IMG/VR virus record: IMGVR_UViG_2721755498_000001
Direction: 5' to 3' (one strand)
Length of the DNA: 47,208 nucleotides
Source of the DNA: a virus
Lineage: Duplodnaviria; Heunggongvirae; Uroviricota; Caudoviricetes
Shown here: positions 1-9,292 of the stretch, one piece after another
How the letters are laid out: every line of letters begins with the position of its first letter
Numbering within the stretch: the stretch's first letter is position 1
The notes under the pieces: generated by a model
The model's database searches: none
What the model saw: the letters and a program-made list of their open reading frames with translations, nothing else
What the model was told of the DNA's origin: nothing
Program-made: the position numbers and the translations under genes

Positions 1-300
1 ATGGATGATGTGATCATCTCGTCAAACGATTTGGCCCAATTACAAGCGGCTTACGACGAAGCACTAGTGGCAATGCGTAAATCTGGTTATCAAGCCAACA
101 TGAGTAAAACTCAGGCACCATCGTCAAAGATTAGCGTGTTTAATTTAACTTTGAGTAAGGGAGTTATGAAAGTCACATCTCAGAAAATGAGTGACTTCCT
201 GATTGATTTCTATTCAAGCAATTATGAGCCGCACAGAATAGGGGTCAAAAACTACGTCGAAGCTGTTAATCCAGGGCAAGCGAAACTCTTTAAGTTGTAA
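1..300 (+). CDS. Hypothetical protein, possibly N-terminally truncated by the window edge; lies outside the prophage
   Basis: 99-codon ORF ending at 300; no motif recognised; sits left of the att repeat. Confidence 0.3.
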   Translation: MDDVIISSNDLAQLQAAYDEALVAMRKSGYQANMSKTQAPSSKISVFNLTLSKGVMKVTSQKMSDFLIDFYSSNYEPHRIGVKNYVEAVNPGQAKLFKL

Positions 301-408
301 TTGCGATCGCATGTAGTAGCAACTGGGCTTGACTGAATGTCTGCCGCCATTTTGCCGCCACTACTAAAGAAAAAAGGGCTACGCTTTCACGTAACCCCTT
401 GATTTATT

Positions 409-441
409 TGGTGGAGCTGGCGGGAGTTGAACCCGAGTCCG
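409..441. repeat. attL: direct repeat of the ssrA 3' end (prophage boundary)
   Basis: 409-441 tggtggagctggcgggagttgaacccgAgtccg matches 46807-46839 at the ssrA 3' end with one mismatch; the first 27 bp are identical. Confidence 0.85.
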
Positions 442-513
442 TATTTTTATAATTAGCTGAAATAAAACGATTAATACTAACCATTTTATTCTGCGGATCT
501 TTTGCGGCTCCTT

Positions 514-1413
514 TTATGTCTGGATGTGGTCGTCAACACATCCTCTTTTAAATACAGGCGCTTTTACCTTAGTTGGATCATCTGTTTTAAAGATTTTCAA
601 TCGTTCACTGAAGAACATTACCTCAGATCCTTTGTACCGATCTTGAGCACTGTAGTTTATTCCATATACTAATGAGGATGTCTTATACATAGCTTGGATC
701 TCAGGAGTGTTATCGTAAGAAACAATCCAAGGCGTTTTAATATTATTCTGTACGACTTTTGCAACCCTAACATGATCATCATGATCATAATGGTTGATAT
801 ATAAGCCTTTACCTTTTATGTAATAAGGTGGATCCAAATAGGTTAATGAGTTTTGTGGCAATTGAATAACTATTTTTTTTATGAAATCAATTGCATCCAT
901 GTTATATAAATCTATTCTGTGACGATTTTCTGATATTCTATGGATTCGAGAAATCAAATCACTCTTATTATAGCGAGCGTCAAGCTTCCATTTCCCTTCT
1001 TGATTTTTACCGCCAATTACACCACCTTTTAATATTCCAGAACGATTTGTTCTATTGAGAAAAAAGGTTGAGAAACCAATTGTTAAAAGATCATGGTCTT
1101 TAGGATTATTAATTATATCTTTCTGCCTAAACCATTCATCCATTGTAACTTCTGTTCTTTCAACTAAAGAACATAATTGATCTGCATGATTTAATACACT
1201 GTGCCAAAAAGCATAAACAGAAATATTAATATCATTAAGGATGATTTTTTCAGCTGCATTTAGATGTAACAGTTTCAATGCTAAACCAGCACCCCCAGCA
1301 TATGGTTCGGCATAATGTATAGGCGAAAGATTATTTTCTTCAATAATCCGAAGCATGAAATTTGCAAGCTTGCCTTTACCGCCAGGATAGCGAAGTGGGG
1401 TGTTAAAACGCAT
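514..1413 (-). CDS. Dam-family (alpha-class, D12-like) DNA N6-adenine methyltransferase
   Basis: Motifs YPGGK, EPYAGGAG, LNRTNRSG and DPPYY align with E. coli Dam WAGGK / EPFVGAGS / LNRYGYNG / DPPY; RBS AGAGGT before the ATG; visibly AT-rich region. Confidence 0.85.
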   Translation of the reverse strand: MRFNTPLRYPGGKGKLANFMLRIIEENNLSPIHYAEPYAGGAGLALKLLHLNAAEKIILNDINISVYAFWHSVLNHADQLCSLVERTEVTMDEWFRQKDIINNPKDHDLLTIGFSTFFLNRTNRSGILKGGVIGGKNQEGKWKLDARYNKSDLISRIHRISENRHRIDLYNMDAIDFIKKIVIQLPQNSLTYLDPPYYIKGKGLYINHYDHDDHVRVAKVVQNNIKTPWIVSYDNTPEIQAMYKTSSLVYGINYSAQDRYKGSEVMFFSERLKIFKTDDPTKVKAPVFKRGCVDDHIQT

Positions 1414-1492
1414 ATGATACCTCTAAATGTCAGATCTAAAGTATATCAAAAAAAGGGCTTTATGGCCATCACATAAAACCCTTTTTAATCAA

Positions 1493-3226
1493 TTAGTTAT
1501 TTGACAGATATGATGAGATGGTAGCAGAATCGACACCATGTCCACTTATCATAATAACTTTAAGACTCTTTATTAGTTCATTCTTGAAGCTATCCGATTG
1601 CACAGGATTTTTCTCGACCCAATATCGATATGGGTTATCTTTAACTCGTCCTTTGACTTGGTCCTGAAATTGAGTCGTATGTGCAAAATCTTTAAACAGT
1701 TTTCTCACTCTCCCGCCATGATTTTTGTTAACTTTTTTATAATTATCTATAAGGATTTTTAAATCAATCGGAGCGTTACCAATCTTTAGCGTTGTAATTA
1801 TGTCTTTAGCTGTTTTCATAAAAACAGATTTTGTAAATTTATTTTTATTTTCCCAATATGCATCATCAGGTGGTAAATTATATAAAAACTCAAAAATCAT
1901 TTGATCTGGAGGTAAGGTGCTTGGAAGCAAACATAAGTTTTTTTCTTTTTTGGCTTTTTTTGCATTAGCACTGTTGTCGTGAACAACATCACCGTCTAAG
2001 ACGATCAAGCTTTTAGCTGTAAATTCTGGTATTTTTCTTGCCATTAAGTCAAGCATGGCAGAGCAGCTAATATTTATATTCCCTAATGGATTTAATATTT
2101 TATTTATTTTTCGATCTGTTATCAATTGTTTGAAAAAGTCGAAACCTTCTTTGTCTTCAAAATATACATTTGCTTTTGGAAGACAAATGTCATCATTAAT
2201 TTTTACAGTTTCAACATGTAAATCAGCGTGGATATCTGTCCATGAAAGATTATTCTTTGTTTTAATATCTCCATATGTGTCTGTAAGATATATTGTTTTA
2301 AAGCTATCACTATCTTGTTTTGAACGATTATAGATATCCTCTATTATTAATGGAGAGTGCGAGGTCATGATTATTTGCAGATCGTATTGTTTTGCTGCTT
2401 TAGTTAGAATATTAATTAACTCTAACTGTGCAGCAGGGAAAAGACCTGCATCGGCTTCATCAATTAACAATATTCCGCCATGATAATCAGAATAAGTTTC
2501 CTTCAATCTTTTAAATGAAAAAATTGCTTGGATTAATTGTCCAACATTATCTTCACCAACAGATACTGATTGGTGATCATAATTGTCACCATGGACAACC
2601 ATTGAATCGATAGTACCTTTTGTTGCTGTTACTGAGCTTCCATTGTTTTTTAGTAAGAGTTGGTTACTCATCATTCTGATTTCATCAGAATTTTCATTGA
2701 TGTACTGAACATCCCGTGTTGAGTAATTAGTCCTTAATGTAATAGGAAGAAGTCGTGCTAAGCTTAAAAAAATAACAGGATGAGTAACGTTTCTACTTTG
2801 GTTTTTTTCCGGTATTGAATCATTTCCCCTGACTACAGGCCTTGATTTATCTCTGTCACTGTAGCTGTATAAACCTAATGTTAGTTTTTCAAGATGTTTG
2901 TTCGATGCACCATCATAGACACTAATTTTGACGTCCATTGAACCAGGAACATCAAATTGTTCTGAAAGCCTAAAATGTTCGCTGAAAGCTGACTTGAAGC
3001 TGCCATTTGTTAATGTTTTATATTGTGTTAAATCAGTCTCAGGTTTTTTGGTAAAGTCCTTTGTAAAGCTAAATATTTGGGCGATAATGCCAAGAATTGT
3101 GGATTTAGATGTGCCATTTTTACCACAAATAACAGTTAGGCGAGAACCAAACTCGATGTTTATATTTTTCAGTCCGCGAAACTTCACAACATTTATATTT
3201 TTTAGTTTGGTAATTTGATTTGCCAT
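1493..3226 (-). CDS. ABC-type ATPase (OLD/GajA-like) with putative C-terminal TOPRIM nuclease domain
   Basis: Walker A GKNGTSKST, Walker B ILLIDEADAGL, H-loop TSHSP; C-terminal E...DxD pattern (YFEDKEG ... IVLDGD) typical of TOPRIM. Start taken at the internal ATG (MANQITK) with upstream GGAG; the ORF is open to 3277. AT-rich; co-oriented with int. Confidence 0.7.
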   Translation of the reverse strand: MANQITKLKNINVVKFRGLKNINIEFGSRLTVICGKNGTSKSTILGIIAQIFSFTKDFTKKPETDLTQYKTLTNGSFKSAFSEHFRLSEQFDVPGSMDVKISVYDGASNKHLEKLTLGLYSYSDRDKSRPVVRGNDSIPEKNQSRNVTHPVIFLSLARLLPITLRTNYSTRDVQYINENSDEIRMMSNQLLLKNNGSSVTATKGTIDSMVVHGDNYDHQSVSVGEDNVGQLIQAIFSFKRLKETYSDYHGGILLIDEADAGLFPAAQLELINILTKAAKQYDLQIIMTSHSPLIIEDIYNRSKQDSDSFKTIYLTDTYGDIKTKNNLSWTDIHADLHVETVKINDDICLPKANVYFEDKEGFDFFKQLITDRKINKILNPLGNINISCSAMLDLMARKIPEFTAKSLIVLDGDVVHDNSANAKKAKKEKNLCLLPSTLPPDQMIFEFLYNLPPDDAYWENKNKFTKSVFMKTAKDIITTLKIGNAPIDLKILIDNYKKVNKNHGGRVRKLFKDFAHTTQFQDQVKGRVKDNPYRYWVEKNPVQSDSFKNELIKSLKVIMISGHGVDSATISSYLSNN

Positions 3227-3250
3227 GTTTGTATCTTGCTCCGTAAAATG

Positions 3251-3267
3251 GCCACAAATTGTGGCCA
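3251..3267. promoter_or_regulatory. Perfect 17-bp palindrome between int stop and ATPase start (terminator or operator candidate)
   Basis: ggccacaaattgtggcc at 3251-3267; followed by ATTTTA on the minus strand. Confidence 0.3.
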
Positions 3268-3284
3268 ATAGTTTCATGCTTGGA

Positions 3285-4451
3285 TTATATTGTTATCTTC
3301 TTCAAGCTTGTTTGTCCATCATATTCCTTCAGATATGAGCCATAGTGCCTGAAAAGCATCTCCGGTCCTTTATGCCCCATTTGAGCTGCAAGCCAAAACA
3401 GGTTTGCTCCCCGGCTGATATGGCGGGTGGCGAATGTATGCCTAGTTTGATATGGATTTCTGTAACGAATACCTGCTTTTCGCAATGTTGGCACCCATGC
3501 TTTTTTTCTGATTGCATCAGCACTTGCCCATGGCTTATTGGTCTTTGGATCTTCAAAGACAGTAGCATCCTTCATGAATGTAAATGGCTTCTGGTTTATC
3601 AACGCCAACATTGCTTCTTCAGTCAGTTCAACTTTACGGGTACCGGCTTTTGTCTTTGTTCCTTTGATAACTCCGACAACACTTGCGCTCTGAACATGGG
3701 CTGTTTTTCCAACAAAGTCGATATCATGCCATCGTAGGGCACATAATTCAGAACTACGCAGGCCTGTATGTATGGCGAACCGGAACAGATTTTCCCATTG
3801 TTTGTTTCCGGCTGCTGCTAGTAATGCATCAACTTCTGCTGGTGATAGCGGATCAACCACATAGCTGCTTTCTGCTTCTGACTTATCACTTTGGTAGCGC
3901 GAAGCTGTTACTAACGATACGGGGTTAATTTGAAGTACCCCATCGGTCACGGCTTCATCAAGTGCTGACCGTAGGAAAGATAACTGGTTGCGAATGGTTT
4001 TTAAGGTTGTTTTCTGGCTTTGAATCCACGCTTTCAGGGTTGCTGGTGTTAATTCACTTGCAGGGCAAATGTGAAGTGAGGCTAACGCACTACGGCATTT
4101 TTTATAGCCACCAATCGTAGAGGGTGAAAGTTTTCTTGTTTCGCAGATTTCAAGATATTCGTCCAGGTACATCTTTACCGTTTTGCCTGCAGCAGCATTA
4201 CCAAAAATTTTCAAACGAGCAGAACGGGGAAAATATTCTGCATAAATGAATGTTCCCCTTTCGATCTTATTATGGATTTCGCCGAGTGTACGCTCGGCGT
4301 ATTTAATGTTCTTTGGTGTTACTTCCAGATTGGAAAGCGGCTCACGACATCTAACTCCTTTGTAGGTGAAAGTTATATTGATCGTTTCTCCCTGGCGGTG
4401 TTTCCTGATTGTTACGCCGCGCGGTAGTTTGAGCAGTTTTGTCTGGCCCAT
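3285..4451 (-). CDS. int: Phage integrase, tyrosine recombinase
   Basis: 388 aa; C-terminal catalytic region with R...H..R...Y context (HTFATRHISRGANLFWLAAQMGHKGPEMLFRHYGSY); next to xis and the att end. Confidence 0.9.
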   Translation of the reverse strand: MGQTKLLKLPRGVTIRKHRQGETINITFTYKGVRCREPLSNLEVTPKNIKYAERTLGEIHNKIERGTFIYAEYFPRSARLKIFGNAAAGKTVKMYLDEYLEICETRKLSPSTIGGYKKCRSALASLHICPASELTPATLKAWIQSQKTTLKTIRNQLSFLRSALDEAVTDGVLQINPVSLVTASRYQSDKSEAESSYVVDPLSPAEVDALLAAAGNKQWENLFRFAIHTGLRSSELCALRWHDIDFVGKTAHVQSASVVGVIKGTKTKAGTRKVELTEEAMLALINQKPFTFMKDATVFEDPKTNKPWASADAIRKKAWVPTLRKAGIRYRNPYQTRHTFATRHISRGANLFWLAAQMGHKGPEMLFRHYGSYLKEYDGQTSLKKITI

Positions 4452-4657
4452 TTTGCAACCTCACTAAGATCAATCCACCTCTCCTTAACGCCTTCAACCT
4501 TTAAAACCTGAACACCTTCACGCCAAACACCGCGCTGTACACGTTTGTTTATTGCTTCAGGAGTTTCGCCAGTTTCTTTGCAATAAGTTGAGATAGGAAC
4601 ACAATCGAGGTTCAGCATACGTTTCTCCATTATCCCGTCTGCACACGGGAGCAACAT
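4412..4657 (-). CDS. xis: Excisionase-like DNA-binding protein (start may be an internal ATG)
   Basis: Small ORF overlapping the int start by about 40 nt; winged-helix-like KERWIDLSEVAKWAR segment; classic xis-int overlap arrangement. Confidence 0.55.
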   Translation of the reverse strand: MLLPCADGIMEKRMLNLDCVPISTYCKETGETPEAINKRVQRGVWREGVQVLKVEGVKERWIDLSEVAKWARQNCSNYRAA

Positions 4658-4659
4658 TA

Positions 4660-5550
4660 TTAACGAATAGTGTCGTTACTTTGAAGTACAGCAAATGCCA
4701 TTAATACTTCTAAAGTATATCTTCTATAAAATTTAACAAAACCAACATAGAAAACATAGACGAAGAAAAAGCTAAGCATTATTGAAAGTAAACTATAAAG
4801 ATAATCACTATGAGTACATAATCGATAAATAAAGGTTGGAACTGATACCCAAAATGAAATTATAAAGATTAAACATATGTTTCTGCAAAAACCATATAAT
4901 GCAACATAGTTTTGAATTTTTGTTTGATGTTGTTTTGAAAACTCATAAACATAATGATATGCCAATCTGAAGAGATCATCATCAAGTCCGTTTTTATCTT
5001 GTAATAATTGGCGATTTGTTATGAACTTTTTCTCATAACCTTCTTTGATCATTAACCATGTTGTATTAGCTAAATGAAATGGTAGAGATTGAGAATAACA
5101 TAGTTTTTGTGTTATAAAATCCCATAGTATTATTGGACATAATACGCATTTGATTATGCGATTCTTTATTTTTGTTTTTTTATCAGCGCTTCTCTCATCG
5201 CATGATGGGCTACAAATGCTTTCTGAGGTATCTATCAATTTTTTAAATAGATATTTGGAAGGATATCCTAATTCTTTATTCATGTATTTTTCGATAAAAA
5301 ATGCTGACGTGATAGAAATAAAATGTCCAGCTATATAAGATATAATAACTATTGAAGCGTAGTTCAAAATGCCAAAGATTTGACTTTGACCTCTGAGCAA
5401 TTCACTTAAGTCAATAACAATATCTAGATCGAATGTCAAACCACAGAAATACATTAATAGGATAAAAAAACCACCTGGTATTAAATATCCAAGAAAGTCA
5501 TAGAATGAGAATGGATTTTGATTCATTGTTGCTCTCCAATAATTTTTCAA
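4660..5550 (-). CDS. Multi-pass membrane protein of unknown function (AT-rich moron)
   Basis: 296 aa with hydrophobic helices at both ends and a soluble middle; strongly AT-rich DNA unlike the flanking phage genes. Confidence 0.55.
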   Translation of the reverse strand: MKNYWRATMNQNPFSFYDFLGYLIPGGFFILLMYFCGLTFDLDIVIDLSELLRGQSQIFGILNYASIVIISYIAGHFISITSAFFIEKYMNKELGYPSKYLFKKLIDTSESICSPSCDERSADKKTKIKNRIIKCVLCPIILWDFITQKLCYSQSLPFHLANTTWLMIKEGYEKKFITNRQLLQDKNGLDDDLFRLAYHYVYEFSKQHQTKIQNYVALYGFCRNICLIFIISFWVSVPTFIYRLCTHSDYLYSLLSIMLSFFFVYVFYVGFVKFYRRYTLEVLMAFAVLQSNDTIR

Positions 5551-5634
5551 TTTGTAATATAACCTATATCTATATGTTAATAAATTACTTATATGTTCTT
5601 TTATGGCAGAGTTTGAATTCGTACGTGCTGATTT

Positions 5635-6186
5635 TTACGACTCAGTTAACTCTTTAAAGCGTTCCATAAACATCCCATAGGTATGGCCTGGCGACAGTGG
5701 AATAACTTTGAACATCTCTGTTGCCGGGATACCTTCCAGTACGGGCCAGAAAGAGCCATCATCAAGCCCGAGATCGCGGCGTTCGGTTGCCAGCATGATG
5801 AGATCGGCATATTTCACGGGCGTACTCATAACCGGGGGTAACCCGTATTTCTCACGGATTACGGCGTCTATTTTTTCTTCCATCCGTTTATAGTCAGGAA
5901 GAAGGCGTTTCAGTGGCGCCGGGATGTCCTGGCAATACGCTTCTGTTGCATCATGCATTAACGCTTCAAAAGCAAATTCCTGCGGTACCAGCTGGCTGCA
6001 AAGCACCGCATGTTGGGCGACGCTGTAGAAATGTGAAAGATGTCCTGCAAAGCGACAGATATTTGAAAGAGAAACCGCGATATCGTTAATAACGATGTCG
6101 TCTTTATTTATCCTGTCATAATAAAAATGCTTCCCGGAAAAAGTTTTAATAAATGACATTTTGTTCTCCACGTATATGCGCTGCAC
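5635..6186 (-). CDS. HD-domain phosphohydrolase-like protein, resembling CPS-53 YfdR
   Basis: 183 aa with H...HD...D pattern (FAGHLSHFY...LMHDATEAYCQD); assignment from memory of the YfdR family. Confidence 0.6.
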   Translation of the reverse strand: MQRIYVENKMSFIKTFSGKHFYYDRINKDDIVINDIAVSLSNICRFAGHLSHFYSVAQHAVLCSQLVPQEFAFEALMHDATEAYCQDIPAPLKRLLPDYKRMEEKIDAVIREKYGLPPVMSTPVKYADLIMLATERRDLGLDDGSFWPVLEGIPATEMFKVIPLSPGHTYGMFMERFKELTES

Positions 6187-6286
6187 CGCGCTGAATTCTG
6201 GTAAAAGAAAGCCCTCACCATCCGGCGATTATTGAGTCAATTACGTTTCCATAAATGCCCCCGCAGGGGCATTTGCAGTAATGAAA

Positions 6287-7111
6287 TCAGGCGGTAAAAG
6301 TACCAATAAAGGTTTCTACTTTGCTGTCCTTGAATTTCTCAACAAGCAGATCACGAAATTCGTTAGCCATTTCTTCCTGCACTGCTTCCAGCTGAATAAT
6401 GCGCAGAACCAGTACAGGACGATCGCCAGTGATAATGCTGAGGCGTAATTTAAACGGACGTTCTTTCAGGCCTTCAAACGGAACGCATTTAAATTCAAAT
6501 GCCACTGGCATAATATCTTTGGTCTTCGCTTCGACAGACTCCATCAGGGAGCGTTTGCCGCTGAAGTCATTGTCTTCAAAATCAGCGGTCTGGTTTGCTT
6601 CAATCGTGATTTTACGGACTGCCGCAGCCGCTTTTGTTGCCTGAATGGCATCACCATTAGCATCAAAGCCCACAAGGTAGTCGGCCCAGTCTTCAATCCA
6701 TTCTGCCAGTGACTTCTGGGAGTTACGCTCGCCGTTAACAGACAACAGAGCAGAGAACGGTGCTGTCTTTTTCAGTTTGAGAGTGGCGGTGTTATCTGCG
6801 TGACCTGGTTCATCAATAGTACCCAGGTTAAGCACACTGACGGCACGCATATTATCGGCATCGATAAAGCAGCGGGTGCCTTCATCTGCAAGATCTTTAG
6901 AATAACGGGTAAAGTCATCGATGCTGGCAGTGGAAAGTGCACCACGGAAACGGAAGCGATTTAAATTAAATTTTTCCAGATCATGAATGCGGAAATTCTC
7001 AGGCAATGCCACAGCATCGGCACCAATCTTACTGATAATTTCATTAACACCCTGAGCAGAAATAAGGGCATGGATTTGATTAATTGCGGTTGCGTCTAAG
7101 TTCTGAGACAT
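6287..7111 (-). CDS. Phage early protein, YfdQ-like (DUF2303-like)
   Basis: 274 aa, the same length as CPS-53 YfdQ; position in the leftward early operon; assignment from memory. Confidence 0.5.
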   Translation of the reverse strand: MSQNLDATAINQIHALISAQGVNEIISKIGADAVALPENFRIHDLEKFNLNRFRFRGALSTASIDDFTRYSKDLADEGTRCFIDADNMRAVSVLNLGTIDEPGHADNTATLKLKKTAPFSALLSVNGERNSQKSLAEWIEDWADYLVGFDANGDAIQATKAAAAVRKITIEANQTADFEDNDFSGKRSLMESVEAKTKDIMPVAFEFKCVPFEGLKERPFKLRLSIITGDRPVLVLRIIQLEAVQEEMANEFRDLLVEKFKDSKVETFIGTFTA

Positions 7112-7176
7112 AATAAGTCCTCACTATATAAAGATATTCAGTGATGAGATAAATAATCAGTTAATTAAGAACGATA

Positions 7177-7539
7177 TTAATGACCTGCTGCGCGTAGTTT
7201 TCCGTCAGGTTCACCGGCAAGAGTCAGTAATTGTCCCTGGTCTTCCTGCAGAATAGTCAGGCGACCACCGCGATTGACATACATCGGTGTTTCGGTGGTG
7301 TCTTCTTCGGAAATTTTCCCGCGGTTAGTCGGGCGAACATATGAGAGTTTGTGTTTGATTTTCACACGGTTCTCATCAAATGGTTCGATTTCCAGGTTGA
7401 GCGAGACCTTACCTTTGGTTTTCGTGTTCATCACACCGGAAGCGACTTCACTGAGAACTGCGCCGATTTTGGTTTCAAATACGCCGCCGTCCAGCTCCCC
7501 GATAAATGCCTGCACATCAGTACTGCGTTCGCTAGCCAT
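7177..7539 (-). CDS. Small early protein, YfdP-like
   Basis: Start chosen at the internal ATG (MASERSTDV) preceded by GGAGCAGC; the longer 197-aa ORF upstream has no RBS and overlaps the structured leader. Confidence 0.5.
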   Translation of the reverse strand: MASERSTDVQAFIGELDGGVFETKIGAVLSEVASGVMNTKTKGKVSLNLEIEPFDENRVKIKHKLSYVRPTNRGKISEEDTTETPMYVNRGGRLTILQEDQGQLLTLAGEPDGKLRAAGH

Positions 7540-7587
7540 TTTGCTGCTCCTCATCATATCGACCCTGCAAGGTCGGTTAGTTTCTCC

Positions 7588-7723
7588 ACAAAACAGAGAA
7601 GAACACCTGCGGTGGCAGCCGCCCGGATGGATTGGGTTATGAGCCCGTCGTCCGGTGATGCTCTTCTCTGTTTTGTAAAAAGAGCGGTACCAGCCGGAAG
7701 CAAGGGTACAAACTGGTACCGCC
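7588..7723 (-). ncRNA. Structured non-coding leader / candidate sRNA in the leftward early transcript
   Basis: 15-bp perfect inverted repeat acaaaacagagaaga (7588-7602) / tcttctctgttttgt (7662-7676) with a GC-rich internal loop; second hairpin gcggtaccag (7683-7692) / ctggtaccgc (7714-7723); no ORF with an RBS in 7540-8240. Confidence 0.3.
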
Positions 7724-8170
7724 AAAGCAGTGGCTGTTGTGGTGGGGTTGTCACTCAGGCGTATGGTCAACCTGACAATCCGGTGTCCTCAACGGGGAAA
7801 GAGTAACCCCGCCATACTTACCGCCGCGCCATTTCGCGGATTACCACAACGCTGAGAGCACTTAGCCAGTTACAGCACCACACTTTGTCGCGGCTCCATA
7901 AATGCCCTCATCGTTGCACCCTGGTCTCTTCCCAGGCGTCAAACCGAATCGCCACGCTGGTTAGGCGTCTTATCAGCATCATCATTGACTTGCACATTCC
8001 GGCTACCTGGTTTGTTTGCCCGAGCAAGGAGTGGATTGTCCCCTTTAACGTCCCCAGACCGCTAACGACGCATGTGCCATACACCGTGTTACAACCAAAT
8101 TTTGTTAGTACCTTGTTTGTTTGTCTGGAAAGAAAGATAAAATGAAGTTGCGCATTATGCAAGTGTTTTT

Positions 8171-8187
8171 ATTGCGAGATATGCAAT
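8171..8187. promoter_or_regulatory. Candidate oL operator palindrome
   Basis: ATTGCgagatatGCAAT, a TTGC-N7-GCAA palindrome resembling the site between cI and cro. Confidence 0.35.
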
Positions 8188-8195
8188 TTAAAGGG

Positions 8196-8222
8196 TAATG
8201 AAAAGCCACCTTTGGGTGGCTA
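8196..8222 (-). terminator. Rho-independent terminator downstream of cI
   Basis: Hairpin gccacc-ttt-gggtggc (8205-8220) followed by a T-run on the minus strand, 20 nt after the cI stop. Confidence 0.45.
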
Positions 8223-8241
8223 ATTGATGAGGAGGTAAGGG

Positions 8242-8934
8242 TTAATTGTGTCGCTTAAGGGTTTGTGACTGGCTGATTAAGACCTTTCCAAAGACCATAA
8301 ACCGGTGTTCATTTTCGCTGGTAATTCCCCATTCACGGTAAATCTGGTTATCAGAAATCACCAGTAGTTTGTCAGGTATCATTTGCAGTCGTTTGACATA
8401 AATTTTATCATCAAAACCAAATACATAGATACCATCTCCATCAAACTGATTGATACTGACATCAACGAAGATGAGATCTCCTGGCTCAATGGTTGGACAC
8501 ATACTGTCCCCACGAACGTTGATAACTTTAATGTGATTGGCTGGCCGTCCGCCAAACATCGATACAGCATTATCAGTTCTGTATTCAATGGCATGAATCA
8601 CATCAATGACATCACCGCCCTGGATAAGGCCATTTCCCGCACTGGCACTGACATCCAGCATTTCAATACGGAATACATCCTTCACCTGCGCAACATCCTC
8701 ACTAATACTGTTTTTACATACAGTATTACTTTTGACGTCTGAGGTAAAGAGATCTGCAATATCAACACCTAAGCTCCTGGCAATATTACTCAGGGCTTGT
8801 TCAGTGAATTGTTTCTGCTTACCTGTTTCCAGGCGTGAGATATTCGCCGCATCCACTCCTATTGCTTCAGCGAGATCGGCGATCTTCATGTTCTTCGCCT
8901 GGCGAAGTTGTCTGACTCGGTTTCCTATGTTCAT
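8242..8934 (-). CDS. cI: CI-like prophage repressor (HTH plus S24 LexA-like peptidase domain)
   Basis: N-terminal HTH (MKIADLAEAIGVDAANISRLETG) and C-terminal S24 region (VRGDSMCPTIEPGDLIFVD ... KRL); divergent from cro. Confidence 0.9.
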   Translation of the reverse strand: MNIGNRVRQLRQAKNMKIADLAEAIGVDAANISRLETGKQKQFTEQALSNIARSLGVDIADLFTSDVKSNTVCKNSISEDVAQVKDVFRIEMLDVSASAGNGLIQGGDVIDVIHAIEYRTDNAVSMFGGRPANHIKVINVRGDSMCPTIEPGDLIFVDVSINQFDGDGIYVFGFDDKIYVKRLQMIPDKLLVISDNQIYREWGITSENEHRFMVFGKVLISQSQTLKRHN

Positions 8935-9031
8935 GCGTTTATTACATTTCTTTATTGCGCGTTAAGCAAATCAACTTGCGCAAAATATTTGCGTGAAATA
9001 ATATGCTCATCACGCAATATGTGGAGGTCAT
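8935..9031. promoter_or_regulatory. Divergent promoter/operator region (oR, pRM/pR) between cI and cro
   Basis: Repeated TTGCG-containing sites: ttgcgcgttaagcaa (8955-8969), ttgcgcaaaatatttgcgtgaa (8976-8997), cacgcaatatgtg (9010-9022); RBS GGAGG before the cro ATG. Confidence 0.6.
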
Positions 9032-9292
9032 ATGCAATCACCATTACGGAATGTGCGTAAGGCGCACGGATTTACTTTGCAGCATGTTGCTGCTGGCGTT
9101 CAGGTCAATCCAGCGACGCTGAGTCGTATTGAAAGACTGGAACAAGTTCCATCTATCGATCTTGCAGAACGTCTGGCCAATTTTTTTAAGGGTGAAATCA
9201 GCGAAATGCAGATTCTTTATCCGGCACGTTTTCAATCTAGCCAAAACCAGAATGGGTTTAAACCACAGGAACAGGAGGTAAGCCGTGGGTAA
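9032..9292 (+). CDS. cro: Cro-like HTH regulator
   Basis: 86 aa, HTH (GFTLQHVAAGVQVNPATLSRIE); divergent partner of cI. Confidence 0.75.
   Translation: MQSPLRNVRKAHGFTLQHVAAGVQVNPATLSRIERLEQVPSIDLAERLANFFKGEISEMQILYPARFQSSQNQNGFKPQEQEVSRG

Noticed and set aside
3329-3928. Three ORFs (79, 130 and 81 aa) on both strands inside the integrase gene
   Set aside because: They overlap a well-supported integrase CDS, lack ribosome-binding sites and have Cys/Trp-rich compositions typical of spurious frames.
7885-8162. Two overlapping ORFs (86 aa plus strand, 84 aa minus strand) in the leader downstream of cI, considered as an N-like antiterminator
   Set aside because: No ribosome-binding site, not Arg-rich, and mutually overlapping; the region is more likely non-coding operator and leader DNA.
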